This document shows, piece after piece, positions 24,935 through 37,448 of a stretch of DNA of 64,000 bases. The notes under the pieces were generated by a model. That model had not been told where the DNA came from, ran no database searches, and was given only the letters and a program-made list of their open reading frames with translations. Every line of letters begins with the position of its first letter. Within the stretch, counting starts at the first letter, position 1. The position numbers were made by a program, and so were the translations under genes. The stretch is from Mobula hypostoma (Eukaryota). The stretch is taken from NCBI RefSeq assembly GCF_963921235.1, contig NC_086097.1:87732001-87796000 (forward strand), given 5' to 3'.

Positions 24935-27900
24935 CAGACCTGACTGTCTGAGTAGGCCCATTGACTCTGCCTGCTCCTGGCCCACTGAAGTCGTGTCCTC
25001 ATACCTCAACTCCATTCTATTCCCTTCTTTCATTCCTTTCTTGCCTACATCCGCAACACTTCTCGTGCTCACGATCTCCTAACTTTCAATTCCCCGGACC
25101 TGACTGCCTCACTTTTACCATGGAGATCCAGTCCCTTTACAGATCTGTTCCCCATCAAGAAGGCCTTAAAGCTTCTTAATAGAAGAACCAACCAATTCCC
25201 CTCCATCAGACCCTCCTCCGTATAGCAGAACTGGTCCTCCCCCTCAACAATTTCTCTTTCAGCTCCTCCCACTTTTTCCAGGCTTGAAGGGTAGCCATGG
25301 GGACCCACATAGACCCCGGCCATGTCCGCTCTCTCTTTGGCTATGTAGAACAGTTCATGATCCAAGCCTTCCCCAGTAATGCTCCCCAACTCTTCCTCCG
25401 CTACATTGATGACTGCTTCATGCACCCATGCTGAGCTCATCAGTTTTGCCACCAACTTCCACCCTGCACCTAAATTCACGTAATCCATTTCTGACACTGC
25501 TGTCCCCTTTCTAGATCTCTCTGCCTCTTCCTATGGGGGAGAAAAAAAAATGGCAACTGGCACCTTTTATAAGCCTCCCAATTCACATGGCTATCTTGAC
25601 TAGACCTCTTCTCATCCTGTCTCTTGTAAGAATGCTGTTCCCTTTGCTCAGTTACTTTGTCTCCGCCGTGCCTGTTCCCAGGAATGAGGCTTTCTTTTCC
25701 AGGACAACAGAGATGTCCTCCTCCTTCAAAGAATGGGATTTCCCTTTCTCCACCACTGGCACTGCCCTCACACACATTTCCTGGACATCTGTGCTCACCC
25801 CATCTTCCTGTTACCTTAACAGTGATAGTTCCTTTTGTTCTTACCTACCATCTCATGAGCCTCCACACCCAACACATCATTCTCCTCACCGTCTGCCATA
25901 TCCGAAAGGATCCTACAGGTGTCCCCCGCTTTTCGAACATTCACTTTACGAAACCTCACTGTTACAAAAGACCTAAATTAGTTTCCTGTTTTCGCTAACA
26001 GAAGGTGTTTTCACTGTTACGAAAAAAATCAGAGCGCGATAAAAGGTAGCGCGCACCCCGAGCAACCTCACTCCCCCGGATTCGGAACGGCATTCAGCCG
26101 GCATTGCTTAAACACGTGCCTGTGAGCAGCCATTAGCAAGGTGAGTTCTAAGGTACAGGTGTCCCCCGCTTTTCGAACGTTCGCTTTACAAAACCTCATT
26201 GTTACGAAAGACCTACATTAGTACCCTGTTTTCACTAACAGAAGATGTTTTCACTGTTACGAAAAAAATCAGCGCGCGATAAAAGGCAGAGCGCGCCCCG
26301 AGCAGGTGCTCTCCCCCGGATTCGGAACAGCATTGCTTTAACACGTGCCTGTGAGCAGCCGTTTGCAAGATGAGTTCTGAGGTATTGGAAAAGCCTGAAA
26401 GAGCTAGTAAGGGTGTTAGACTTAGCGTAAAACTAGACATAATTAAGCGTTTTGATCGTGGTGAAAGAAGTAAGGACAACATGAGTTTAGCTCGTGGAAG
26501 CTGACGAAGATGATGTTGAAGAGGTTTTGGCATTGCATGACCAAGAACTGATAGATGAAGAGCAATTGGAAGAGGAAAGGATAACGATCGAAACCGAATG
26601 CAGTAGCGAAATGAACGTGAAGCAACTGCGTGAGATTTTCACTGCAATGATAAAGTACATCTTTAATTTTGAAAGGGTATGTAGGTTTAGGGGATATTTG
26701 CAGGATGGTTTGAGTCCTTACAAAGAACTGTATGATAGAAAAATGTGCGAGGCTCAGCAGTCAAGCAAGCCTTCCACATCAGCCACAGCAGATGACGAAC
26801 CTCAACCTTCGACATCGAGGTGGGCAGTCATAGGAGAAGATGAGCCGCCTGATCATAATGGAAACAGACAAGGAGATGACACCCCAGTGTCCCACCACCC
26901 CAACCCCCGGGCCGTGGACAGATACCGATTCGCGGAGAATGCAGCGGTAGCCGGGAGGCACACAGCACCTCTTTAAGAAAAAAGCCCAAATAAACATGCT
27001 AATTAATTAGGTGCTGCCCGACACGTAAATGTCGGCCCAGATCAGAGGCGATGCAATCGGCACTGACCTGGGCAGACAATTACGTGTCGGGCAGCACCTA
27101 ATTAGTTAGCATGTTTATTTCGGCTTTTTTTCTTAAGGATGTACTGTGTGCCTTCCGACTACCGCTGGACCCCTGCACGCTTCGTGGCAATGTATCGGTC
27201 AGCAGCCTGGAGGGTGGGAGGTCACTGCACCACCCAACTTGCCACAACTCAGTCTAACACACCATCATCAGTGTGCTCTGCGTTGTCTTCCCAATTCCGG
27301 TAAGTGATACTACACTGTACATACATTATTTCTACTTTATATCGGCTGTGTATTTTTACGTGTTATTTGGTATGATTTGGCAGCTTCATAGCTTAAAGAT
27401 TACTGGAGAGTGCTTGCGCCATGTTTTTGCCAACAGCGCTTGCGTGAGATTTTCGCTACGGAGAACAGTGCAGTAATGATTGTGGAAAAGTATTTCAACT
27501 TTATATGGGCTGTGTATTTATCATATTATTCCTGCTTTTACTATATGTTACTGTTATTTTAGGTTTTATGTGTTATTTGGCATGATTTGGTAGGTTATTT
27601 TTGGGTCTGCGAACACTCGCAAAATTTTCCCATATAAATAAATGGTAATTGCTTCTTCAGTTTATGACATTCCAGCTTATGAACTGTTTCATAGGAACGC
27701 TGTACCTTCGGATGGCGGGGGAAACCTGTACCACCAAACACATCTCCCTGCCCCATTTTCCACTTCCAGCAGGGATCTCTCCCTCTGTGATTCCCTTGTC
27801 CATTCATCCCTCCCCTCTGATCTTCTTCCTGGCACTTGCCCCTGCAAGCAGCCAAAGTGCAACACCTGCCCACTTACCTCCTCTCTCACCTCCAATCAAA

Positions 27901-28580
27901 GCCCCAAACAGTCCTTCCAGGTGAGCAAACATTCCATCTGTAAATCTGCTTGGACCATCGTTTGCATCCGGTGCTCCCAATGTGGCCTCCTCTACTTCAT
28001 TGAGCATCTCTGTTTCATCTGCCAAAAACGGAATTTCAGGTGGCTAAACATGTTAATTCGGATTCCCATTCCCATTTCAACATGTCAGTCCTTGGCCTTC
28101 TTTTGCACCTTGTGCCACTATGGGGCTCCTTCAGGGTGGTGGAGCAGCACCTTGTTTTCAATCTGCATAGGCCTCAACCTGATAGCATGAATATTGATTT
28201 TCCCCTTCTGGTAAAGTATTTTTTTCCCTCCCCATCCCTCTTCTTCTGTTTCCCACTTTGATCTCCTACCTCTTCTCACCTGCTTATCATCTCTCCCCTG
28301 GTGCCCCTCCTCCTTCCCTTTCTCTCTCAATGATTCTCCTCTCCTGTTAGATTCCAGCTCTTTATCTTTCCCAGCCCCCTGGCTTCACCTGTCATCTTCC
28401 AGCTGTACTTCTTCCCCTCCCCATCCCCCCTGCCCCCAGCCCCACTTTTTATAATGGCACCTTCCCTCTGCTTTTTCAGTACTGAAGACGAGTCTTTGAC
28501 TAAAATGTGGACTGTTTGTTCATTTCCATGGGTGCTGCTTGACCTGCTGAGTTCCTCCAGCATTTTGTGTGTCTTGCTTT
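24935..28580 (+). mobile_element. Penelope-like retroelement (RT + GIY-YIG pseudogene), interrupted by Tigger copy 2
   Basis: Frameshifted motifs RPIDSAC, SLYRSVPHQEGL, LNNFSF, GVAMGT, RYIDD, PFLDL, then CIRCSQCGLLY (GIY-YIG); ends with the decayed hammerhead and GCTGCTTGACCTGCTGAGTTCCTCCAGC motif. Confidence 0.85.
25916..27728 (+). mobile_element. Tigger/pogo element, copy 2, with duplicated 5' end
   Basis: TA-flanked CAGGTGTCCCCCGCTTTTCG...GGCGGGGGAAACCTG; reverse complement of 22927-24528; a second left TIR at 26156. Confidence 0.9.
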
Positions 28581-28667
28581 GACAATCTGGGTTTTTCTTT
28601 GGCTGTTTTCCTTCCACAGCCCAAAGACATGCTGTTGGATTAATTGGCTGTTGTAATGTATCTCCTA

Positions 28668-28868
28668 GCCGGCCCGTGGTGTAGTGGCATCTACACTAGA
28701 CCTCAAGGCGAATGTTCCCAGGTTCGAATCTGGGCAGCTCCTTGCATGCTTTCCATCCATGCTGGGTTGGGCATCGAGCTAGCAACTGGGCTCCATAAAA
28801 AAAATGACAAAAATGCGAAAGAAACGGCAAGGTTGCCACTCGATGCACCACAACGAATGACAACAACA
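28668..28868 (+). mobile_element. tRNA-derived SINE with (CAA)n tail
   Basis: A box TGGTGTAGTGG, B box GGTTCGAATC, ends CGAATGACAACAACA; inserted into a V-SINE remnant. Confidence 0.75.
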
Positions 28869-29105
28869 GTGCACCTCTTAGTGGGGTTAAATGGTAAAAA
28901 TTATTAAATGGAGATGTCTATGAGAGAATAATTTGCAGCAGCCCAGAGAAGTGGGGTTGATGGGATTGATCCCCTAGAGCAGAATGGTCCTAATTGTCCA
29001 AATGACCTCTTTAACATAGAAACATAGAAAATAGGTGCAGGAGTAGGCCATTCGGCCCTTCGAGCCTGCACCGCCATTTATTATGATCATAGCCGATCAT
29101 CCAAC

Positions 29106-30668
29106 TCAGAACCCCGCCCCAGCCTTCCCTCCATACCCCCTGATCCCCGTAGCCACAAGGGCCATATCTAACTCCCTCTTAAATATAGCCAATGAACTGG
29201 CCTCAACTGTTTCCTGTGGCAGAGAATTCCACAGATTCACCACTCTCTGTGTGAAGAAGTTTTTCCTAATCTCAGTCCTAAAAGGCTTCCCCTTTATCCT
29301 CAAACTGTGACCCCTCGTTCTGGACTTCCCCAACATCGGGAACAATCTTTCTGCATCTAGCCTGTCCAACCCCTTTAGGATTTTATACGTTTCAATCAGA
29401 TCCCCCCTCAATCTTCTAAATTCCAACGAGTACAAGCCCAGTTCATCCAGTCTTTCTTCATATGAAAGTCCTGCCATCCCAGGAATCAATCTGGTGAACC
29501 TTCTTTGTACTCCCTCTATGGCAAGGATGTCTTTCCTCAGATTAGGGGACCAAAACTGCACACAATACTCCAGGTGTGGTCTCACCAAGGCCTTGTACAA
29601 CTGCAGTAGTACCTCCCTGCTCCTGTACTCGAATCCTCTCGCTATAAATGCCAGCATACCATTCGCCTTTTTCACCGCCTGCTGTACCTGCATGCCCACT
29701 TTCAATGACTGGTGTATAATGACACCCAAGTCTCGTTGCACCTCCCCTTTTCCTAATCGGCCACCATTCAGATAATAATCTGTTTTCCTATTTTTGCCAC
29801 CAAAGTGGATAACTTCACATTTATCCACATTAAATTGCATCTGCCATGAATTTGCCCACTCACCCAACCTATCCAAGTCACTCTGCATCCTCTTAGCATC
29901 CTCCTCACAGCTAACACTGCCGCCCAGCTTCGTGTCATCCGCAAACTTGGAGATGCTGCATTTAATTCCCTCATCCAAGTCATTAATATATATTGTAAAC
30001 AACTGGGGTCCCAGCACTGAGCCTTGCGGTACCCCACTAGTCACTGCCTGCCATTCTGAAAAGGTCCCGTTTATTCCCACTCTTTGCTTCCTGTCTGCTA
30101 ACCAATTCTCCATCCACATCAATACCTTACCCCCAATACTGTGTGCTTTAAGTTTGCACACTAATCTCCTGTGTGGGACCTTGTCAAAAGCCTTTTGAAA
30201 ATCCAAATATACCACATCCACTGGTTCTCCCCTATCCACTCTACTGGTTACATCCTCAAAAAATTCTATGAGATTCGTCAGACATGATTTTCCTTTCACA
30301 AATCCATGCTGACTTTGTCTGATGATTTCACCGCTTTCCAAATGTGCTGTTATCACATCTTTGATAACTGACTCCAGCAGTTTCCCCACCACCGACGTTA
30401 GGCTAACCGGTCTATAATTCCCCGGTTTCTCTCTCCCTCCTTTTTTAAAAAGTGGGGTTACATTAGCCACCCTCCAATCCTCAGGAACTAGTCCAGAATC
30501 TAACGAGTTTTGAAAAATTATCACTAATGCATCCACTATTTCTTGGGCTACTTCCTTAAGCACTCTAGGATGCAGACCATCTGGCCCTGGGGATTTATCT
30601 GCCTTCAATCCCTTCAATTTACCTAACACCACTTCCCTACTAACAAGTATTTCGCTCAGTTCCTCCAT
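29106..30668 (-). pseudogene. CR1 ORF2 reverse transcriptase portion (uninterrupted 520 aa)
   Basis: KSPGPDG, NYRPVSLTS, YLDFQKAFDKV, SGVPQGSVLGP, FADDTK; separated from the EN portion by frameshifts between 30668 and 30895. Confidence 0.9.
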
Positions 30669-30894
30669 CTCACTGGACCTCTGTCCCCTACTATTTCTGG
30701 AAGATTATTTATGTCCTCCTTAGTGAAGACAACCAAAGTAGTTATTCAATTGGTCTGCCATGTCCTTGCTCCCCATAATCAATTCACCTGTTTCTGTCTG
30801 CAGGGTACCTACATTTGTCTTTACCAGTCTTTTCCTTTTTACATATCTATAAAAGCTTTTACAGTCAGTTTTTATGTTCCCTGCCAGTTTTCTC

Positions 30895-32133
30895 TCAATC
30901 TTTTTTCCCCTTCCTAATTAAGCCCTTTGTCCTCCTCTGCTGAACTCTGAATTTCTCCCAGTCCTCAGGTGAGCCACTTTTTCTGGCTAATTTGTATGCT
31001 TCTTCTTTGGAATTGATACTATCCCTAATTTCGCTTGTCAGCCACGGGTGCACTACCTTCCTTGATTTATTCTTCTGCCGAACTGGGATGAACAATTGTT
31101 GTAGTTCATCCATGCAACCTTTAAATGCTTGCCATTGCATATCCACCGTCAATCCTTTAAGTGTCATTTGCCAGTCTATCTTAGCTAATTCACGTCTCAT
31201 ACCTTCAAAGTTACCCCTCTTTAAGTTCAGAACCTTTGTTTCTGAATTAACAGTGTCACTCTCCATCTTAATGAAGAATTCCACCATATTATGGTCACTC
31301 TTACCCAAGGGGCCTCTCACGACAAGATTGCTAATTAACCCTTCCTCATTGCTCAAAACCCAGTCCAGAATAGCCTGCTCTCTAGTTGGTTCCTCGACAT
31401 GTTGGTTCAAAAAACCATCCCGCATACATTCCAAGAAATCCTCTTCCTCAGCACCTTTACCAATTTGGTTCACCCAATCTACATGTAGATTGAAGTCACC
31501 CATTATTAATTCTGTTCCTTTATTGCACACATTTCTAATTTCCTGTTTAATACCATCTCCGACCTCACTACTACTGTTAGGTGGCCTGTGCACAACTCCC
31601 ACCAGCGTCTTCTGCCCCTTACTGTTATGCAGCTCTACCCATATCGATTCCACATCTTCCCGGCTTATGTCCTTCCTTTCTATTGCGTTAATCTCTTCTT
31701 TAACCAGCAACGCCACCCCACCTCCCCTTCCTTCATGTCTATCCCTCCTGAATATTGAATATCCCTGAACGTTGAGCTCCCATCCTTGGTCACCCTGGAG
31801 CCATGTGTCTGTGATCCCAACTATATCATAATCATTAATAACAATCTGCACTTTCAATTCATCCACCTTATTACGAATGCTCCTTTCATTGACACACAAA
31901 GCCTTCAGGCGCTCTTTTACAACTCTCTTAGCCCTTATACAATTATGTTGAAAAGTGGCCCTTTTTAATGCTTGCCCTGGATTTGTCGGCCTGCCACTTT
32001 TACTCTTCTCCTTAGTACTTTTTGCTTCTACCCTCACTTTACACCCCTCTGTCTCTCTGCACTGGTTCCCATCCCCCTGTTGTGAACTAACCTCCTCATG
32101 CCTAGCCTCTTTAATTTGATTCCCACCCCCCAA
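30895..32133 (-). pseudogene. CR1 ORF2 apurinic-like endonuclease portion
   Basis: N..SIRNK, VGITDTWL, RRDR..GRGGGVAL, RPP, GDFN, LDWVL, SDHNM. Confidence 0.9.
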
Positions 32134-32799
32134 CCATTCTAGTTTAAAGTCACCTCAGTAGCCCTCGCTAATCTCCCTGCCAGGATATTGTCTCTTTCTG
32201 TGACAATGCCAGAAATGGTAGTGGAACAGCATCACATTTAAAAAAACTTAATGCCCATGAGGAAGAAAAGCAAATATTGTGTCATGAGAAATGCATCATT
32301 CAGTAACATTTGTTGCTAAAATTAGAAACGGTCATCAACATGAATTGGTCAAAGTATGATCTAAAATAATGTTGAGTAGTGCAGGGTTGTGGAACTAAGG
32401 ACGGTTTTTCGTTTGTGAACTGCCCTCTGCCTCCAAAATTGTGTTCGTTGCCAAATTAACCAAATTTGGTAGCAGAATAGAACACTCACCTGTGCTACTA
32501 TCGGTTTGAAATTCAAGGTGTGTGTTTGATTTTGACTAGGAGACAGACATTGCTCATTCCTAATTGCTCTTAAAGGTGGCTGTGAATTTCTAAATGAATC
32601 ACTGCCAGCCTTATAAACAAGGTACTCCAAAGATTCTATTACAGTGTGTATAATTTTTGTGGTTGATCTGTGTAAACTCTCAGTGAGTTAACTGCTGTCT
32701 GTTTTGGTATTGGTTTATTGTCACATGTACTGAGGTGCAGTAAAAAGCTTTTGATTGCATGCCACCTAGACAGGTTATGTCCTATGCAAGTACATTGAA

Positions 32800-33545
32800 A
32801 AGGTGTGGTTGTGTAGTGCTTAGGGCAGCGATATTAACAGCACCAGTGACCCGGGTTCAATTCCCACCACTGTCTGTAAGGAGTTTTACGTTCTTTCAGT
32901 GTCTGGGTAGGTTTCCTGTAGGTGCTCTGGTTTCCTCTCACATTGCAAAGGTGCATGGGTTAGTTGGCTAATTAGCCTTATTGTGTAATTGTAATTAGGT
33001 GGCTTGGGTTTTGTTGAGACTGTGCTGTATCTATGAATAAAACAAAAATTATGGCAGTAAAACATAAGGATGCAGAATACACTATTACAAGAGTGTGCTC
33101 TGGTTTCCTCTCACATTGCAAAGGTGCATGGGTTAGTTGGCTAATTAGCCTTATTGTGTAATTGTAATTAGGTGGCTTGGGTTTTGTTGAGACTGTGCTG
33201 TATCTATGAATAAAACAAAAATTATGGCAGTAAAACATAAGGATGCAGAATACACTATTACAAGAGTGTGCTATAAGTAGGGAGGCACAGTCTTACAGTC
33301 CCAGTAACCCGGATACAATTCCCACCACTGTTGGTAAGGAGTTTGTACATTCTCATAACTGCGTGGGTTTCTTCCAGGTGTTCTTTTTCCTTCACACAGT
33401 CCAAGACGTACGTTATCTGGTTATCTGTTCATTTGTAATTTGTCCAGTGATTAGGCCAGGGTTAAATTGAGGATTGCTGGACAGCACAGGTCAAAGGGCT
33501 GGAAAGGCTTATTGTGTGCTTTATCTCAATAAATAAATAAATAAA
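32800..33545 (+). mobile_element. Two adjacent V-SINE copies
   Basis: B-box-like GGTTCAATTCCC (32855) and ACAATTCCC (33316); V-domain motifs; second copy ends (AATA)n. Confidence 0.7.
32922..33272 (+). repeat. 173-bp tandem duplication
   Basis: 32922-33094 is repeated at 33095-33267 with no difference seen; GTGCT at all three junctions. Confidence 0.92.
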
Positions 33546-34587
33546 AATAATATGCAATGATTACAACAAAGTATATCGGGAAAGTCAAGAGTTCATGTTT
33601 CAGTACATGAGTGATCAGTTCCACAGTCTGACAACTGCAGGATAGAAGTTGTCCTGAGCCTGGTGGTATGTACTATTCATCTTATGAATTTTCAGCCCGA
33701 CAGGGAGGGAAGAAGGGTGGGAGGGTCCGTGATTATGTTGCCGGCTTTTCCAAGGCAGTAGGAAATGTAGATGGCCAAATCCTTAGATATATCAAAGATA
33801 GTTTTTAGGAAGTATGGTTTTCCTTTCTGGGAAGATGGAATGGTATACTTTGGTTCTAACTTCTTTTTGGTATTATATTTCAAGTAAAGATTTGATGAAA
33901 ATTTGAACTAGTTAAACAGCTGGCAGCAACTGGAGAAGCCAGGGTCTCCTCTTCCCATGCTTGATTAGCATTTTCAGAAGTGAGTACATGTAATGTTTTC
34001 AGTCCTCTTTGGTTTTAAATCAGTTGTTGCTTAGTCAGCTAGGAAGCGGCAAGGTAAAATGCAAATCATGATACTGTATCCTTAATGCCTTAATGTTTCA
34101 CTTGGAGGTTGGTTTGAAATATGAAAAGCAATAATGGAGTAGAAATGAAGTGCAATTCAAGTGAAGCATGCAGCTCAGACCTAAATGTAATTTATTTAAT
34201 GGATATGCATATTGCTGTGGTCCATTTTGAATCATCTTATGGGAAGTGTTGATGAGCTGCATTTGTGAACAGCTGTAGTCAATGTTGTCAAGGTACTGCT
34301 ATGATAGTGTTTGCACGGAAGTTGTAGGACTGTCACTAATGCCAAGATGTATTGGTAAAATGTCAAAGTCAGGATCCTGTGTGACTTGCAGAGGATCATG
34401 GAAGAGGAGACTTACCTTGTATGCTGAAGGTACAGAGATGGTGTCAACAATGGCAGTGTGCTGCTTGTGGCTAATGCTTTACACCCATTGTATGTTGGTG
34501 GTGCAGGACCATTTTCAATACTGTTCAACACATTAAAGCTTGGAAAACTTTATATCTGTTTACTGGCTCATAGAAGCATATCAGCGG

Positions 34588-35310
34588 TCTGAATTGAAAT
34601 CAGGTTTAATATCACTGGCATATGTCATGAAATTTGCTAACTTAGCAGCAGCAGCGCAATACATGATAAATACAGAGGGGGAGAAAACTGAATCACAGAA
34701 AGTATATGTATGCATATTCAATAGTTGAATTAAAAAAGCTGTGCAAAAACAGAAATAAAGAAAGTAGTGAGGTAGTGTTCATGAGGTCAATGTCCATTTA
34801 GAAATCAGATGGCAGAGAGGAAGAAACTGTTCCTGAATTGCTGAGTGTGTGCCTTCAGGCTTCTGTACCTCTTTCCTGATGGGAACAATCCTGGGTGGTA
34901 GGGGTCCTCAGTGATGAACTCTGCCTCTCTGTGCAGTAGCACCCCCCCCCCCCATACCAGACGGTGGTACAGCCACTCAGAATGCTCTCCCTGGTACATC
35001 TGTATATGTTTTCAGGTGTTTTAGGTGACAAACCAAATCTCAAGCTCCTAATGAAATATAAGTGCTATCTTGCCGCCTTTGCAGCTGCATTGATATATTA
35101 CAACCAGATGAGGTCCCTAGAGGTATTGACACCCAGGAACTTGAAACTGCTCACTCTCCATTTCCAATCCCTCTAAGATTGGTTTGTGTTTCCTCATCCT
35201 ACCCTTTCTGAACTCCACGATCAGTTCTTTGGTCTTGCTGATGCTGAGCATAAGATTATGGCTGCGATACCACTCAACTAGCTGGTATATCAGCCTCCTG
35301 TATGCCTGGA
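34588..35310 (-). mobile_element. Rex-Babar-like LINE 3' fragment
   Basis: Minus-strand YRCTRESILSGCTTVWYG and PSGKRYRSLKAHTQQFRNSFFLSAI; reverse complement of 36575-37448. Confidence 0.8.
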
Positions 35311-35454
35311 TGGTAAATGATGTGAAACAGGGTATGTTTTAAAACCTTATGAAGTCAGCTTCTCAGTGTGGTACATGATTCTACGCAATATAAATAAATC
35401 TATTTGTGGACTTGTTTGGTAGCAGTGTACCTATTGATATGTGAATATCAATCT

Positions 35455-36270
35455 GTGGTTCAATGGTTCAAATAATATCGGAGAACATGTACAAGATCCA
35501 ACCTGAAATCATTACTCTTAACAGAAATACACAAAACAGAAAAAAAAATGAATGAATGACAGAAAACGTTAGACCCCTAAAGCCCCCACTCCCCCACACT
35601 TGCTGCAGAAAAAGCATCAACCCCACCACCCACCATGCAAGCAATAGGAAAGCTCTCAGAGACCATGATCTGGAGTCCATCAAAAAGAAGTGTCCATCTC
35701 AGGCAGTCTGTCTGTCTGTCTCTCTCTCTCTGTCTGTCTCTCTGTCTCTCTGTCCCTGTCCCTCTCTGAGAGAGAAGGAGAGAGATCCTGCCACAACGAG
35801 AGGGGAGACCAGTTCGATGTTACAATCTGCCACATTGATTGTCTAAGCCCCCCCCCACCGACTTGAAGACCAACAGGCTCTCACTCACTATCAACAGAGG
35901 GAGAGTCCATTAGAGTGTAGGGGGGCTTCCAACAACAACGCGCACCACCTGCTGTCTCGATATTTCAATCTCTTGTGACGTTTCAGTTGATGACGTTGCT
36001 GAGGAATTGGGCCATACACAGTGCAGCACTCCAAAAGCACATGCCTTCCAGGCCATACCTGGAGATATCGAAATGCAAGGCCACCCGGCGAGTTTCGAGA
36101 GTGAGAATCCACAAAGAACTGTAATTTCAGCTGCAACTGTAGATGGCGGACTCTGATAGGACCCTAGCCACCTTGAAAAAGGAAAAACAAAACAAGAAGC
36201 AAAGAAATTAAACTTTTGTTTATGGGACAAAGTCATCCAGGTCTGCAAAATTCTCTAGTGCCATCTTAGT
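35455..36270 (-). mobile_element. Non-coding, non-autonomous retroelement with (TTGAACCA)n tail
   Basis: TGGTTCAATGGTTCAA tail at the left end; GCCATCTT (minus strand AAGATGGC) near 36260; internal (TC/TGTC) microsatellite. Confidence 0.5.
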
Positions 36271-36574
36271 CTTGCTGAATATTCTTGCGTAAAAAGTTGA
36301 TCATGCTTTGCGACACAATACAGTCAAGCGCAACTAAGCAAATTCCAATTTATTATACTAAAGTGTACATGTGTCAAATTATGGAGCAGGTTATCAAATG
36401 TGCCACTTTTAATCAGCTACTAATTAACATTGGAGCTTATTGTCACACCAGTGCTTTCAATAAGGATGTTTACTTCTCTCCAGGGGAAAATTCAGTGTTC
36501 TAGTTTCCACAACCCAGATGTATTGGAGTATCAGTAGATATTTTGAAAGGTATGTAATGAAAGATGTGTAACAG

Positions 36575-37448
36575 ATTTGCTAGAATCTCAGGTGGTGACG
36601 GGAGAGCATACAGTAGTGAGATATGCCAACTAGTGGGATGGTGCCACAGCAACAACCTGGCACTCCGTGTCAGTAAGAAGAAAGAGCTGATTGTGGACTT
36701 CAGGGAGGGTAAGACGAAGGAACACATGCCAATCCTCATAGAGGGATCAGAAGTGGAGAGAGTGAGCAGCTTCAAGTTCCTGAGTGTTAAGATCTCTGAG
36801 GATCTAACCTGGTCCCAACATATCGATATAGTCATAAAGAAGGCAAGACAGCGGCTATACTTTATTAGGAGTTTGAAGAGATTTGGCATGTCAACAAATC
36901 CACTCAAAAACTTCTCTAGTTGTACCGTGGAGAGCATCTGACAGGCTGCATCACTGTCTGGTATGGAGGGGCTACTGCACAGGACCGAAAGAAGCTGCAG
37001 AAAGTTGTAAATCTATTCATCTCCATCTTGGGGACTAGCCTACAAAGTACCCAGAACATCTTTAAGGAGCGGTGTCTCAGAAAGGCAGCGTCCATTATTA
37101 AAGACCTCCAGCACCCAGAGCATGCCCTTTTCTCACTGTTACCATCAGGTAGGAAATACAGAAGCCTGAAGGCACACACTCAGCGATTCAGGAACAGCTT
37201 CTTCCCCTCTGCCATCTGATTCATATAATGGACATTGAAGCTTTGGCCACTACCTCATTTTTTTTTAATATACAGTATTTCTGTTTTTGCACATTTCAAA
37301 AAAAATCTATTCAATATACATAATTGATTTACTTGTTTATTTATTATTTTTCTCTCTCTGCTAGATTATGTATTGCAATGAACTGCTACTGCTAAATTAA
37401 CAAATTTCATGTCACATGCCAGTGATAATAAATCTGATTCTGATTCTG
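36575..37448 (+). mobile_element. Rex-Babar-like LINE 3' part
   Basis: [65 protein letters not shown]; tail AATAAATCTGATTCTGATTCTGA. Confidence 0.88.

Larger units (their letters stand above)
29014..32190 (-). mobile_element. Young CR1 LINE, 5'-truncated: end of ORF1 plus ORF2 (APE endonuclease + RT)
   Basis: ORF1 end NILAGRLARATEVTLN*; EN motifs ITDTWL, GGGVALLV, MGDFN, SDH; RT FADD; (TTCTATGT)n tail at 29014-29030; possible TSD CTCTTT. Confidence 0.95.

Noticed and set aside
26494..26976. 160-aa acidic ORF as a domesticated TIGD gene
   Set aside because: It lies within a TIR/TA-bounded, internally deleted Tigger that lacks the DDE domain, and the sister copy has different disruptions
30992..31768. 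258-aa + strand ORF
   Set aside because: Antisense shadow of the CR1 endonuclease frame with no independent motif
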